Shown: piece by piece, positions 41,529 to 56,907 of the stretch
How the letters are laid out: each line of letters starts with the position of its first letter
Numbering within the stretch: position 1 is the first letter of the stretch
Assembly (NCBI GenBank): GCA_951406725.2
Contig: OX597822.1
Coordinates: forward strand, 64,976,001 to 65,040,000
Reading direction: 5' to 3'
From: Octopus vulgaris
Taxonomy: Eukaryota
Length of the DNA: 64,000 nt
Notes under the pieces: model-generated
What the model saw: the letters and a program-made list of their open reading frames with translations, nothing else
What the model was told of the DNA's origin: nothing
Databases searched by the model: none
Program-made: the position numbers and the translations under genes

Positions 41529-42198
41529 TTCACTTTGAAGGATGTTCGTTTTCAATCCAGGAACAGGAAATAGCAACCAATTACCTGGTGCAGAAAAGGG
41601 ACAGAGACCCAGGAAAAGCAGTAAAATGTTATAACCGATGCAGACTTTGTGGAGTTAATACCGAAGATATCACCCACATCAAAAACAGTTGTCCGAAAAT
41701 ATCATCACGGTAGAATCTCTCGGTGAGACATAATGATATTGCTAGGACACTAAATAATAAAATCCGTCGGAAGGATAACCCCCGAGGACAAAGAAATGAG
41801 AACTCATAAGCCATAGACACTCATAATAAAAAGGAGTACTGATGGAATGTCCCAGTGAAGATCTCAATAAAATGTAAGCACAACAGACCTGATATAAATG
41901 TTTGGGATAGAGAAAAGAAACTGTGCACAGTTGTGGAAATTAGCTGGCTAGCGGATGTTAACATCAAACTGAAGATCAGTGAAAAAGAGAACACCTACTC
42001 TGAACTATCGAGAAATCTGCAGTTACTCCAGATTACAAGTTCAGGTTTATACCAGTAATTATTGCGGCTCTGGTATATGTAATACACAGCCTAAATATCA
42101 ATCTTGAAAAATTAGGCTTCTCAAAACCAGACTACAGATTCAATTCATCGCCGGAACTGTAAAAATCTGTAAAACTTCCCAGAAGTTTATCATCTAAG
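41529..42198 (+). mobile_element. RLE-type non-LTR retrotransposon remnant (R4/Dong-like)
   Basis: SIQEQEIATNYL...CRLCGVNTEDITHIKNSC (CCHC knuckle)...RHNDIA...HNRPDI..WDREKKLCTVVEIS (PD-(D/E)xK-type endonuclease); stops and frameshifts. Confidence 0.8.
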
Positions 42199-42233
42199 TA
42201 TATATATATATATATATACTATATATATATATA

Positions 42234-42279
<46 letters not shown>

Positions 42280-42420
42280 TAGATATGCAAATTATCCTGT
42301 TGGTGTTGAAATTCTATTTATTCATTTATTTATTTGTATTCAGCAGAAACAACAGCGTGACTCAGGGGCCGAGAGTTTCATGCGTTGTCACTTATCAAAC
42401 TACGCACACAAACACACATA

Positions 42421-42544
<124 letters not shown>

Positions 42545-43111
42545 TACATATGTGTGAGTGTGTGCGTGTTTGTGTATGTCTACATGTGTGTGTTTCTATG
42601 TGTTACATGTAGTTAACCATATATAACCATCAGCATGGTTATATATCAGCAGTGAATATATGAAAATCGCAATTTCTAGAACAAATATTAAAATAGAATT
42701 ACGAGAATTTGCTACTTTCAAATAGGTTCCTTTTGTTTGTAGAACCTTAGAGTGCTCGACCTTTTTAATTTACCATTAAAATTAAAAGACAGATAGCGTC
42801 TAGTAACCTAAAATCACTAACAAACATCACTCTATAAAATGGGAAAATAATTTCATGCAAAATATCTCCGAATTCCTGATAAACTAATACGATATGAAAA
42901 TAGATTGAAATAATATAGGGAAATAATATAATTAGTTATTAATAATATAGACGGAATGGCGACTGAAATTGATCAGATACACATATTAAAATAAATTTGT
43001 GTATGTATGTTTGTAGGTATATATCTCAGATCTAATATTCTAGTAGTTACAGACGCTTTCTCCCTTACCGTCTCTCTCTTTCCGTCTCTCTCTCCGTCTC
43101 TCTCTTTCTCT

Positions 43112-43157
<46 letters not shown>

Positions 43158-43378
43158 GTATGCATTTGTATGTATATTTTACGTAACACGAATATATCTA
43201 CTGCAAGTCAATGAGGGAGAAAATGGGAACGGCGTAATAAGGGAGAATATAGATAGAGATGGAAAGCAAGATAAGCAGAGAAATACACACACACACACAC
43301 GACACACACACACACACACAGGTATGTATATATGTATGTATATCTATACGCGTATATATATGCATATCTATCTATCCA

Positions 43379-43445
<67 letters not shown>

Positions 43446-43454
43446 CTTTCTATC

Positions 43455-43563
<109 letters not shown>

Positions 43564-43977
43564 CATATGCGTATGTATATATATATGTATATGTATGTAT
43601 GTATATGTGTGTATGTATGTATATATATATATAAAATTATATTATTTTATATATTTATATATAGGGAGACAGAGAAGGAGAAAGGAGGAGAGAGAAAAGT
43701 GAGAAAAAGAGAGAGGGGAGAAAGAAAGGAGAAAGAAAGTGAGAGAGAGAGAGGGACAGAGAGAAAGTAGTGTAGAATTAATGTTCCGATGAGATAGTCA
43801 AGTGTGTTAAATTAAAATAAAACGTAGTTGTTATCTCTGAACTTGATTCTCAAGGTTTAGAAAACATTGCTTTAGATGAAATGTAAATGAAGGCAAGATA
43901 AACGAGTATTTCTCTTTTAATTATTTATTCATATATGTATTTATTTATTTATTTATTTAGTTTCTAAAATTTATTAT

Positions 43978-44022
<45 letters not shown>

Positions 44023-44853
44023 AGTAACGAAATTTAATCAATAAATACAATGATTTCCCTTTAGCTTTTGTAATGAAAAGCTGATCAGTCAGTTAAAACA
44101 TATCTTTATATTCACCAGCTGAGATCGTATATAATTCAAATGGAAGGCAAGCACGCAAAATTGGCCAAGCTAGTGTAATGAGATGCAAACAAGCTTGCAT
44201 ATATATATGGCATCGGATGTATTAGCGTTTGGCATTTGGTGTCTCGTACGGTCGTGTTTTAACTGATTTATACGAAACATCATTATACTTCACTGGCCAT
44301 TATCACGACTGAAGAATGTGCACCATTGATTTTTAACTCCTTCGTACAAGATAAGAATATCTGCGAGCAATGCATTTCCTCACCTGTTCCATTTTTGCTT
44401 CACCTAACATTTTGCTATGCTGACTCGACAACAGCCATTTATTTTGGCTCGTAATGCTTTGCTTTCATTTTCACCGTATTCCTGAACTATAATCCATCAA
44501 GAATCAATAACTGAAATAAATAAATAAATAAATAATTATAATAAAAACAAATACTCTCTCTCAGTCTCTCTCGGTCTCTCTCTCCCCCATCTCCCCCTCT
44601 CTCACTTCAGGTGCATAGCTATGTGACATATAAATCTGTGGTAATGTTACAATGACAGCCCTTCTAGACTGTAAGTATAGGCAGAAGTCGATGACTGTAA
44701 TAAAATGTGTAACGATTGTGTTTAATACGGAGGGATGGTTACTTGACACAAATAATTTTACTGTGTATTCTGCTGTGTCCATATTTTGCAGACATGCGTA
44801 CACCTGTATATTTAGGCAGAAACTAGCTCCCTATCTATCTATCTATCTATCTG

Positions 44854-44915
<62 letters not shown>

Positions 44916-45050
44916 GATCGATCGATCGATCTATCTAGCTAGCTAGCTAGCTACACATATACACACACATGCAAGTGTTGTTATAAACTGAAGCAGGAAT
45001 AGTTATTGAAAATTAAGCAACAAAAGTCAAAATACACGAAATAAATCTGT

Positions 45051-45123
<73 letters not shown>

Positions 45124-45125
<2 letters not shown>

Positions 45126-45284
45126 GCGAAGGAGTGGCTGTATGGTAAGTATCTTGCTTACTAACCACATGGGTTCAGTCCCACTGCCTAGCACCTCGGC
45201 AAGTGTCATCTACTCTAGCCTCGGGCCGACTAAAGCAATGTGAGTGGATTTGGTAAGCAAAAACTGATAGAAGCCCATTGTATA

Positions 45285-45376
<92 letters not shown>

Positions 45377-45573
45377 TGTGTTTGTCCCCCCAACATCGCT
45401 TGACAACCGATGCTGGTGTGTTTACGTCCCCGTAACTTAGCGGTTCAGCGAAACAGACCGATAGAATATGTACTAGGCTTCCAAAGAATAAGTCCTGGGG
45501 TCGATTTGCTCGACTAAAGGCGGTGCTCCAGCATGGCCGCAGTCAAATGACTGAAACAAGTAAAAGAGTAAAA
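45124..45573 (+). mobile_element. SINE family B, full length
   Basis: Head, internal (TA)n(TG)n and tail. Confidence 0.9.
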
Positions 45574-45781
45574 TAGTATATGTTGAATAAAATTTGTTGA
45601 AAAAAGCCGCAATAATTATGCAACAGTACAAAGCGCTCAGTCAGAATTTGAGAGATGCAGGGTTCAATTCTTTGTAGCAGTTTGTGTGGCTTAGTTGATA
45701 GGGTATTCGGCTCCCAGGTGTAAGGTTGTGACTTCAATTCCCGGCGACACGTTGTGTCTTAGAGCATGCGTTTGGGAAGCA

Positions 45782-45819
<38 letters not shown>

Positions 45820-46106
45820 ACACACGCCCCCACACACATGTAATACCCAAATGGTAGGGTTGCACACAGTCTTTGTTAATTGAGCCAAGAAACTGGCCCA
45901 ATCGTGGAAGACATATATCCAAGGTGAAGAGCCTTGACATCGAACCCGGAAGTACATGGACAGAAACCAAATTTCTTAAACCCTCAAAATATGTGCATCT
46001 AACACATACTCTTGTTATATCCATAACATTTATTGTATACCGCTTTATTTAAAGGAACTCAGCCGCGTATTATCAAGAATATGTATATGTGTGGTTTATG
46101 CTGTTG

Positions 46107-46239
46107 AGCAGTGTGGCTGTGTGGCAAGTAGCTTGCTTACCAACCACCATGGTTCCGGGTTCAGTCCCACTGCGTGGCACCTTGGGCCGACCAAAACCTT
46201 GTGAGTGGATTTAGTAGGCGGAAAATGAAAGAAGCCCGT

Positions 46240-46293
<54 letters not shown>

Positions 46294-46365
46294 CGGGGTC
46301 GATTTGCTCGACTAAAGGCGGTGTTCCAGCATGGCCGCAGTCAAATGACTGTAACAAGTACAAGA
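46107..46365 (+). mobile_element. SINE family B, internally deleted
   Basis: Head and tail joined by (TA)n. Confidence 0.75.
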
Positions 46366-46713
46366 AAAAAAAAAGAAGAAAATCCTAGGAAAAGAGCCAA
46401 CTATCTGTCCGGAACAAGGTACCAAATTAGCAAAAGTAATTAACCATTATGGAACGATAAAAATAGCCTATACTATAAAGCTACAACCATTAAATTTCAT
46501 GCATATATTAATTGGGGCCACGCAAAATGCCGAATTTGTTTCTAATATTATTCCTTCTTGGCAAAACCCTTCACGTTCAATTATCATATTTTAATTGTCA
46601 CTCATGCATATTAGTGCACAATTATACAAATATAGCGTGTATATATATGTATACATATATATATAAATAAATAAATAAATAAATAATATATATATATATA
46701 TATATATACATAC

Positions 46714-46870
46714 GGGAGTGGCTGTCTGGTAAGTGGCTTGCTTACCAACCACATGGTTCCTGGTTCTGTTCCACTGCGTGGCACCTTGGGTTAGTGTTTT
46801 CTACTTGGGCCGACCAAAGCCTTGTGAGTGGATTTGGTAGACGGAAACTGAAAGTGCCCGTGATTTATAA

Positions 46871-46913
<43 letters not shown>

Positions 46914-47155
46914 TGTGTGTGTGTGTGTGTGCGTGTGTGTTTGTGTATGTGTGTGTGTTTGTTTGTCGCCCATCATCGCTTGACAACCGATGCTGGTGTG
47001 TTTATGTCTCCGTAACTTAGCAGTTCGGCATCAGTGACAATAGAATAAATACGAGGCAAACAAAGAATAAGTCGTGGGGTCGATACGTTAGACTAAAGGC
47101 GGTGCTCCAGCATGGCCACCGTCAAATGACTGAAACAAATAAAAGAATAAAAGTA
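46714..47155 (+). mobile_element. SINE family B
   Basis: Head, internal (TG)n and tail. Confidence 0.85.
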
Positions 47156-47503
47156 CATATATGTAAATATATATTTGTGTGTGTGTGTTTGTGTGTGTTG
47201 GATCTCCGTCGTTTTCGAAGGGTAATATATGGGTCTTTATCATCTAACAGAATGGCCTGGAAGTTATGTATTCGGTTAAATAGTAAGCGTTCGATTAATC
47301 TACGTTTTTCTGCCTGAATCGTAGGGGTGGGGTGAGGAGACAGCGTGACAGAATGAATTCCATGTAATATTTTCAAATGAATGGTTTCCAAACGGATTTC
47401 ATCTCCCAAATTTACATTATAAATCTTGAATAGATACAGGGAACCATGAGGTGGAATCGAAATTAGGAACTTAAGACTGCGACGAGTACACACAATACAA
47501 ACT

Positions 47504-47541
<38 letters not shown>

Positions 47542-47654
47542 ACAGGTACACGCAAACAAACACACAATTACTTACTATATTGGTAACAACAAGATAGATT
47601 GTCAAGAAGCAACAGTCTCTATTTTTTCAGTAATAATTTCTTGCATTACAACTC

Positions 47655-47749
<95 letters not shown>

Positions 47750-48292
47750 TACACACACACACAGATATTACATAAGCCCGCAAACGAAATGAATAAAAGC
47801 TTTGCGCTTAGATCAATACATTACTAATATTCGTGCCATGTCTCATACACGTCTCATTCAGACTACGTACATATTCAACGTTGAAATTATATAGAAATTC
47901 AATGGTAATGTCTATACCTTTCTCTCAAGGTATATCTCCCCCATCACTTCTCCCTCTCAAATTCTCTGTCTGTTTCTCTCTTTCTCTCTCTGTCTCTCTA
48001 TCTCTCTCTCTCCTTCACTCTCTCTGTCACTCTATCTGCATCACATATTTGTATAAAGATAGATGAGTGTGTATAATCCAGTTGTGCTTATTTCCTGCAG
48101 TAGCTTACAAGGAAACCATAATTTATATTTATTAACATATTTATCTTTACTCTATAATTATTGTCATCATCATCATCGTCGTCGTCGTCGTCGTCATCAT
48201 CATCATCATTATTATTTACTTAACTTCCCATCTATTCCTGTAGTAAACATTTAACTTCATTCACATACATACATACATGTGGACATATATAC

Positions 48293-48352
<60 letters not shown>

Positions 48353-48366
48353 TTAGATAGATAAAT

Positions 48367-48399
<33 letters not shown>

Positions 48400-48453
48400 T
48401 AGATATAGATAGATACACACGTCTCTCTATATATAAATATACATACATACATT

Positions 48454-48517
<64 letters not shown>

Positions 48518-48538
48518 TACTTATATGTGGATATATGC

Positions 48539-48591
<53 letters not shown>

Positions 48592-48689
48592 TATATATAT
48601 ATTTATATATATACATACATATATATATATATATATATATGTTTATATATATATGTTTATATATATATATATATGTTTTATATATATAT

Positions 48690-48736
<47 letters not shown>

Positions 48737-48979
48737 CATATACATATATGTAACTACACTCATAAATACATACATATGAATTATATTTAGAAATGTTTAT
48801 ACGAGTCTTAAATATTTCAAAACAACACCCCCTCCCCCCCACACAAATAATAGGCATTTACATTTGTTATCTAAGATTAAAACTATAAGTTATTATTTCC
48901 TCTTCATATTTACATACATTAGAAATATAATATAATGCCAATGTCCCCGCGAACTAAAGAGAAAAATAAAGCAACAGTA

Positions 48980-49073
48980 ATAATAATAATGATGATGATG
49001 ACGACGACGATGATGATGAGAATAATAATAATGAAAATAACAATAATAATAAAGATAATAATAGAATAATATA

Positions 49074-49108
<35 letters not shown>

Positions 49109-49278
49109 AGTGGTTGTGATGATGCTGATTTTTTATTTGCCACCAGGGCGAAGAATGAGAGGTATTGATGATGATGATGATGATGATGACGATGATGATG
49201 ATGATGATGATGATAATAATAATTGTAATTGTAATTGTAGTGATAATACTAATGATAACTAATAATAATATGTAATAC

Positions 49279-49333
<55 letters not shown>

Positions 49334-49454
49334 AATAATAATAATAATAATAATGATGATGATGATGTTGGTAGTGTTGGTGGTGGTGGTGATAATGATT
49401 CTTTTATTTGCCACAAGGGTGAAAATGTGGGGTAATGATGATGATGATGATGAT

Positions 49455-49520
<66 letters not shown>

Positions 49521-49670
49521 GATAATAACAATAATAATAGTATTTGTAATAGTAGCAGTAATATTAATGATAATAATAATATTAGTAGTTGTAATAATAA
49601 TAATAATAATGATGACGATGATGACGATGATGATGATAATAAAAAATAATAATAATGATGATAATAATAA
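48980..49670. repeat. (AAT)n/(GAT)n low-complexity block with an internal degenerate duplication
   Basis: tttatttgccac(c/a)aggg.gaa.atg recurs at about 49133 and 49403. Confidence 0.85.
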
Positions 49671-50341
49671 AGTAAAAGTATAAATTTGTAAAATTTCTAT
49701 TACTTCCTTCCCACAATCTAACACAAAAGCTCTAGAGGTGAACGATCCAATCGATTTTAGTCTGAAGTGGAACGTATAACTAAACTATTGCAAAGAACAC
49801 TATTAAAGCTAACTATACGTTTATATAGAATATAATAAGAGATATTTATTACAACGCTTTCACACACGCATACACACACACACATATGTAAAACACACAT
49901 ACATACACATACTGATACAGAAGACATACACCATGATGCTTATGCAAACAATTATAAACACAGTCACAAACAAACATAAGTACATACGTGTGTAAAAGAT
50001 ATGCACACGTGGAAACAAAGACACACATGTACATATGTGCTATAATCGACCTCTGTGTGACATTAAACTTCAACAAGTAATTCCTGGCAATGCAGTTAAA
50101 GTGTTAACTCGCTCTTTACTTCTCCACCACGTTAAAAATGTATTGAGTAATGATAAACTCCCTAAAACACTTGCGATATTGATTGAAGTTCATTATCTAC
50201 AAACAATAGAAATCTATGTAGTTTCTATGAAAATTTTCCATTGTCAGAATGAAAGAAATTTAGAAACACATTCTCGATTTATTTTTTCCCCCTCGTTCAA
50301 ATGAAAATAAAATCGATTGTTGCATTAAATTTTCTCACTCG

Positions 50342-50381
<40 letters not shown>

Positions 50382-50408
50382 ACTGTATATATATACATAT
50401 ATACACAT

Positions 50409-50525
<117 letters not shown>

Positions 50526-50594
50526 TATGTATATATATACATATATATATATATAAGTATATATATATTTATGTATATATAACTATATATATAT

Positions 50595-50985
50595 ATTCTT
50601 TTATTCTTTTACTGGCTTCAGTCATTTGACTATGGCCATGCTGGAACACCACCTTTAGTCGAGCAAATCGACCCCAGGGCTTATTCTTTGTAAGCCTAGA
50701 ATTTATTCTGTCGGTTTCTTTTTGCCGAACTGCTACGTTTCGGGGACGTAAACACACCAACATGTCAAGTGATACTGGGGAGACAGGCGTTGACACAAAT
50801 AACACCACCCCACACACACTTATATATACGACGGGCTTCTTTCCGTTTCCGTCTACCAAATCTACTCACAAGGCTTTGGTCGGCCTGAGCCTGTAGTAGA
50901 AGACACTTGCCCTAGGCTTCACGCAGTGGGACTGAATCCAAAACCATGTGGTTGGGAAGCAAGCTTTTTAACTACACAATCACAG
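50595..50985 (-). mobile_element. SINE family B
   Basis: Homology to other family B copies. Confidence 0.8.
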
Positions 50986-51272
50986 TATTGTATATTATAA
51001 AGCTGTAGTCATGTAATAGCTATCTTTGGAGTGGTAGTTACAGCGACACACACATGGTAGGGTAGTTACGACATTCGTTTATCAACTAACACACATATAG
51101 TAGCTGGATCCCACAGTGCGGTACATCATGCATGATGTGCGGCACGCACCTTGGTTTGGGTTACATGGAAACTATGTAGAATCCCGGTGTGTCAGCTATG
51201 TTCGTGTTAACCTTTCTGTGTATAGTGTGTATACCTCTGCCCAACCGTATCTTTCTACCACCTCTCTGCCAT

Positions 51273-51347
51273 GAATATCTCTGACGATCACAGTTATTAG
51301 ATAATCTGATTAAATGATATCCCATGTGAAACTGATGGGTAAGTTCC
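51273..51347 (+). ncRNA. Hammerhead ribozyme candidate with intact core, in a Penelope-like fragment
   Basis: CTGACGA (51281-51287), aca/tgt stem II, GAAActgatggGTA (51328-51341), short stem I ct/ag plus gaa/ttc. Confidence 0.4.
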
Positions 51348-51557
51348 AACTACTTGATAAATTCTTATAAAGAACTCTGGCCGAAATAAGATTAAGATTA
51401 ATGTAAAAAATAAATAACACTGAAGCAAAGTAACGCCAAATATATAGTGCGTGTGTTTTTATTGGCTAAACTGGCAAAATGACCATTCCTAAATACAACA
51501 ATATCTGTTTCAACACACGACTTCACATAAAAAATCTTGCACAACAAATATTTAAAC

Positions 51558-51600
<43 letters not shown>

Positions 51601-52504
51601 TTTGTGTGTCTGTGTTTGCCCCCACTCTCTCACCATCGCTTGACAAGCGATGTTGGTGTGTTTACATTCTGCAAAAGAAACCGATAGAATAAGTACTAGG
51701 TTTACAAAGAATAAGTCCGGGGGTCGATTTTTCGACTAAAGGCGGTGCTCCAGCATGGTCGCAGTCAAAATACTGAAACAAGTAAAAGGGAAAAAAAGAA
51801 TAATCAAAGAAATACGCACGCATGCACTTATATGCACACAGACACAGCACTTAGAAACAGATGCACGCATATGCAAACTCAAATATGAAATTTAAATTCA
51901 GAAAATGAAAAGAAAAATTGTGAATTTGAGCTCCCATATTTTGCCATGCCTGTACCTTTAAGAAAAATGCCACCAGAATCGCTACAATCATTAGAATCAT
52001 GCATTCCAAATCAGTATTGCTCAGACATTGGTGTATAAACATTAATCGACCAAATCGTATCACTTATTCTTGTCAGACTGATGTCTGCGATACTCCGTCA
52101 CAGGGATTTTTAACCGATTCTTCACCGTCATCCGATACTCAATTGAAAGGTGCCAATGGTTAAGTTCCCTTTATGTTCACACTGACATTACCATGGTAAC
52201 AGCTTGCGAGAGAATGATGTAGAGATAAAGTAAAAGAGAAAATGAACACACGACCAGTATTTTTTCGACTGGAAGTGTTCGGGATGTCAGGAAGGCGCTC
52301 AAAGGATATAGTTTGACTTATTACAGATATTAGCGCCTTGGTTTTTCCTTTATTCGCTCCTCTTTCACGGATTTCTTCGAGATAATCCGCCAATATATTA
52401 GCGTCAAATGACTCATTTACTTGACGTCTGTTTGCGCACGCTACAGGAAACGCAGACGGTGATATAATGTGCAATATATACATACATGCATACATATATA
52501 TATG

Positions 52505-52541
<37 letters not shown>

Positions 52542-52569
52542 GTGTGTATGTATAAATGTATATATATAA

Positions 52570-52623
<54 letters not shown>

Positions 52624-53281
52624 ATATGTATATATATATATTCGGTGTGAGGGAGTGCGATGCGAGAGGGACCCACATAAAGATGTGTTCGCATAATCGT
52701 CACCGCCAACACACGGACACGCAGACACACGGTTGTTCAATGCTTAGAATTGCATATACAGAGAGAGCAGAAAACCACACACACTCACACACACATACAC
52801 AATCTCACACGCATACACACACAAACTCCGACGCATGTATAAATGCACAGAAATGCACAAATGCGTACAAGTAGGCAAGCGTATATATTCGCGTGCATGC
52901 ATACAAATGTTTGCACTAAAACGGCATTCACGCTACACACACACACACATAAACACTCATTCATTCACACGCATATATAATATGTGTTTGTTCATTTTAT
53001 ACGCTTAGATTTTATATTGAAATATTAAACAATGTCATATAACATATCGGATTGAACTTGAATCTCTAATTCCTGTCATTCATCTCCGATTGTTGACAGG
53101 ATGCCTAAGACAGTGCTGCGGATGATACGTATCCATCCAACCATCCATCCATCATACACGCACACACACATATACATACATATACATACATACATACGTA
53201 TATATATATACATATATATATATATGCATATATATATATATATATGCGTATACATACATATATATATATGTGTGTATATAT

Positions 53282-53325
<44 letters not shown>

Positions 53326-53328
53326 GTT

Positions 53329-53377
<49 letters not shown>

Positions 53378-53864
53378 ACACACATCCACATCCATATGCA
53401 AGCTGCGCGCGCACATGCAGGTACACGCACAACCATAGTACTTGTTTAATAATAAGCGTCTCCCTGTTATTATATTCGTATTTTTCAAAGAAATGATTAA
53501 AAGTTTGTGTTAAATTACATGTAGTTGCAGTTGAATTACTATTATTAGCATTATCATCACTATTATTCCCATCATGACCATTATCATGATCATCATCATC
53601 ATTATTATTATTTGTAATATAATCAGATTTAATATAAGGATACGCCTCTAAGCCCCAAACCATTTGTTTAACAAGTTAGATTAATAATTAAATATAACAC
53701 GTGTCAAACAATGTTGGATGTTTGTTAGTTATAAAGGGAGAGTAAACATTATCCATCGTTCGATCTGCTAGAAATAGCAGTCACGACCCAACAAGCTCAA
53801 ATCTACCATGTTGCAAAGAGAAAACATACACTGTGTCTTGAAGTCCTAAATGCATACATCTGCT

Positions 53865-54430
53865 GAGACCCCCTTCGGTCATGACTGACCATGGGATTGC
53901 ACCTAGGAGGTTACCCTCCCATGCACAAGTCCGGGCAAGGTTGTTTATGGAAGACCAGCAGTCGCCCATGCATACCTATTTCTTTACTACCCACAAGGGG
54001 CTAAACACAGAGAGGACAAACAAGGACAAACTGATTAAGTCGATTGTATCGACCCCAGTGCGTAACTGGTACCTATTTAATCGACCCCGAAAGGATGAAA
54101 GGCAAAGTCGACTTCGGCGGAATTTGAACTCAGAACATAGCGGCAGACGAAATACTGTTAAGCATTTCGACCGGCGTGCTAACGCCTCCCCTCTTACGAT
54201 GCATACCGGCCTCTCCTCTCCACGCCACCAGTGTTATTCAAGGGAAAGGCAAAGGCCAATACAGCTTGGCATCTGTGACGTAGTAACTCATTTCTACAGC
54301 TGAGTGAACTGGAGCAATGTGAAATAAAGTGTCTTGCGCAAGAACACAACACGCAGCCTGGTCCGGGATTCGAACTTACAACCTCATGATCGGAAGCTCG
54401 ACGCTCTAACCACTGAGCCATGCGCCTTCA
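53865..54430 (-). mobile_element. Family D SINE with RTE-like tail, interrupted by a family A SINE (53977-54198)
   Basis: 9-bp target site duplication atgcatacc at 53968-53976 and 54199-54207. Confidence 0.85.
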
Positions 54431-54543
54431 CATACATACATCACTATGTGTGAATCATGATAGTCCGGCCTGGCCGGAACGTCACCTTTGTTTTTTTCCA
54501 GTCAAAGTCACTTTCGACTAAATATATTTAACATCAAATAGCT

Positions 54544-54790
54544 GCAGCATGAAAGGTGTTTATGAGCCATTTAAGAGATGCAGCACGGAATTTTGGCAGT
54601 GAACAGGTCGCGGTCTGAAAACGACGAAAATATTTTGACAAATTAAATTTAAATGTTGAAGTGAATCTAATCTAACGGATTTTGTGTGTTTCTTAAATGG
54701 CTTATAAACACCTTCCACGCTGCACTTGTTTTTGTTCCAGCACACCATCTCAGATCAGGTCACTTGCTATGCAAGTACATCTCCGTAATA
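54544..54790. mobile_element. MITE-like element fragment with internal inverted repeats
   Basis: gcagcatgaaaggtgtttatgagccatttaag / cttaaatggcttataaacaccttccacgctgc; homologous to 22308-22490. Confidence 0.6.
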
Positions 54791-55573
54791 TCTAACATCA
54801 ACCAACCAATAAATTCATATTAAAGTCATTTCGTTCAGATTATGAAACCTGAATGTATATTACAACATCGATGGAGCTAAGCAATCTATTGTTGCCATTA
54901 AAACACAATGGAACAATAACGTATGAAACGTAATTCATAAAAAAGTTTAAACTTGATCTATATCGTATCTTAATTCATTCATAAGCACTCGTTTCGCGCA
55001 CGCACAAAGGTACATAGCCGCAAAAGGAAACAAAGCACACATACAATGATATATACACCTATTCATCGAACCATCCAATCATCCATCCACCTATCCATCT
55101 ATTCCTTTTCCTTCCTTCCTTCTTTCCTTCCTTGCAATCCCTTGATCGCGAAGTAGTTGGGACATACGTTGATAATGTCCCATTCAGAATTCGCCACTTC
55201 TCTCGGTCGTTCGTCTGTTGCCCTATGTTGGCGAATGTAAGAGGCATGTCCCCTCTTTGATGTTAACTTGATGACTACTGAAGCAAAATGGGTCCTGAGA
55301 ACAACGCTAAGGATAAGCGTGTCTGAGGTGTACTCAGCAACTTGCACGTTAATTTTACGAGCAGGTTGGATCAACTTGAACCCGCATCATCGTGTCCAAT
55401 GGAATGCCGGTACTGCCAGCACTGGCAGTACTTCGTGTGCTTCCGAGAAAATTTTACCGGTGGGTGTGTTAAATTATAAGGCTCAAAAACAAAATGACTC
55501 TCCTCAGACACAACAGAATATGCTTCAACACACGCACTCATATAAAGAATCTTGCAAACCAAATCCAAAAACG

Positions 55574-55627
<54 letters not shown>

Positions 55628-56150
55628 GTATATATATGTATATGCATACATATATAAATGTATATATACACACACACACATATATACACACATACAAACA
55701 CACTCGCATGTACATACATAACTTCAGCATTGTTTTCAGTAAATAATTGAAAAGAAGTAACTGTATATCTTGCTTCTTACCCTTACCATTATTACCATTC
55801 GCTATTATTCATACCTACGTACATGCATGTGTATATACGTACATGCATGGGTATATACATGTACACACGCACATACACACACAAGTATATACAAACGCAC
55901 ACGCATATATATGTGTTACTGCAACATTGTTTTCAGTAAATAATTGAAAAGAAGTTTACGGTATCAGTAGACAGTACATCTTGGTTCTTACTGTTCATTT
56001 TTAGATTAGACATGCAATAAAAATTCTCTTAGCGTAAGCTGTCTTCTACAATATTAACAATTATTGAATTACTAGGAAGTATAAAGTAATAGTTATATTG
56101 ATATTGATGCAGTGTCTTTGATGAGAAAAGATAAATATAGAGATGAGAAA

Positions 56151-56198
<48 letters not shown>

Positions 56199-56541
56199 TG
56201 GACTGGTTATATTAAATCTCCTGCACTACATAACTCCATCTTATTTTCAATTTATACTCTCTCGTTCTTTTCCATGAATAAGAATATATAGCTTTACCTT
56301 GAAATGACTTGGTGTATTTTATTCGTGTTTTAATTAAGTTCAGCCTAATATGTAACTGATGCTTTCGTTATCGCTGTAAAACAAAGAAGTGTGAGTCAAA
56401 ATTTTCGTCTTAAGTTTTACCTATGAAGTTTTAAATTTTGTAGGAGGTTCATTTTGGTAGACTTTCGCTGAGAAAGCTCTTATTTGTACTTTCGGGATCC
56501 GGAGAAATCACACGTTTTGTAAATTTTTTTTATGTCTGTAG

Positions 56542-56599
56542 GATGAGAAGATTTGGCGCAGCTGTTTGGACGCTGATAACTTGGCATGGCGAACTGGAC
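56542..56599 (+). CDS. Candidate 58-nt exon (DEKIWRSCLDADNLAWRTG in phase 0, or MRRFGAAVWTLITWHGELD in phase 2)
   Basis: Acceptor tttttttatgtctgtAG, donor GTATGC; GC-richer than flanks; intronic complement at 56908-56944. Confidence 0.55.
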
Positions 56600-56907
56600 G
56601 TATGCACAAACATGCAAACACACATGCGCGCGCAGGAATATACATACCCGAATGGAGAGACGGATGATAGAAGGTAGGATCATTACAGTTTATTAATTGA
56701 ATACGGTCGACATAAACTCTTTCACTCTCCTCATATACATAGAGAAATGTGCTTACACACACAAACAAACAGAGAAAGAGAGAGAGATATATATTCTGTG
56801 TGTGTATGTGAGAAAGAGACTGAGTTGGAGACAAGGAGAGTGAACGGAAAAGAGAGAGAGAGAGAAAGAGGGTGATGTTCGGAAGGAAGGGAAGAACGAC
56901 AGCAGTA

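Noticed and set aside
44611-44670. 60-nt exon with strong acceptor and GTAAGT donor
   Set aside because: Stops in all three frames; the pyrimidine tract may be a decayed (CT)n. A 30-nt or poison-exon version cannot be excluded.
52160-52460. Non-repetitive part of the 172-aa minus-strand ORF
   Set aside because: The ORF starts in a microsatellite and shows no family motif or splice support that I can identify.
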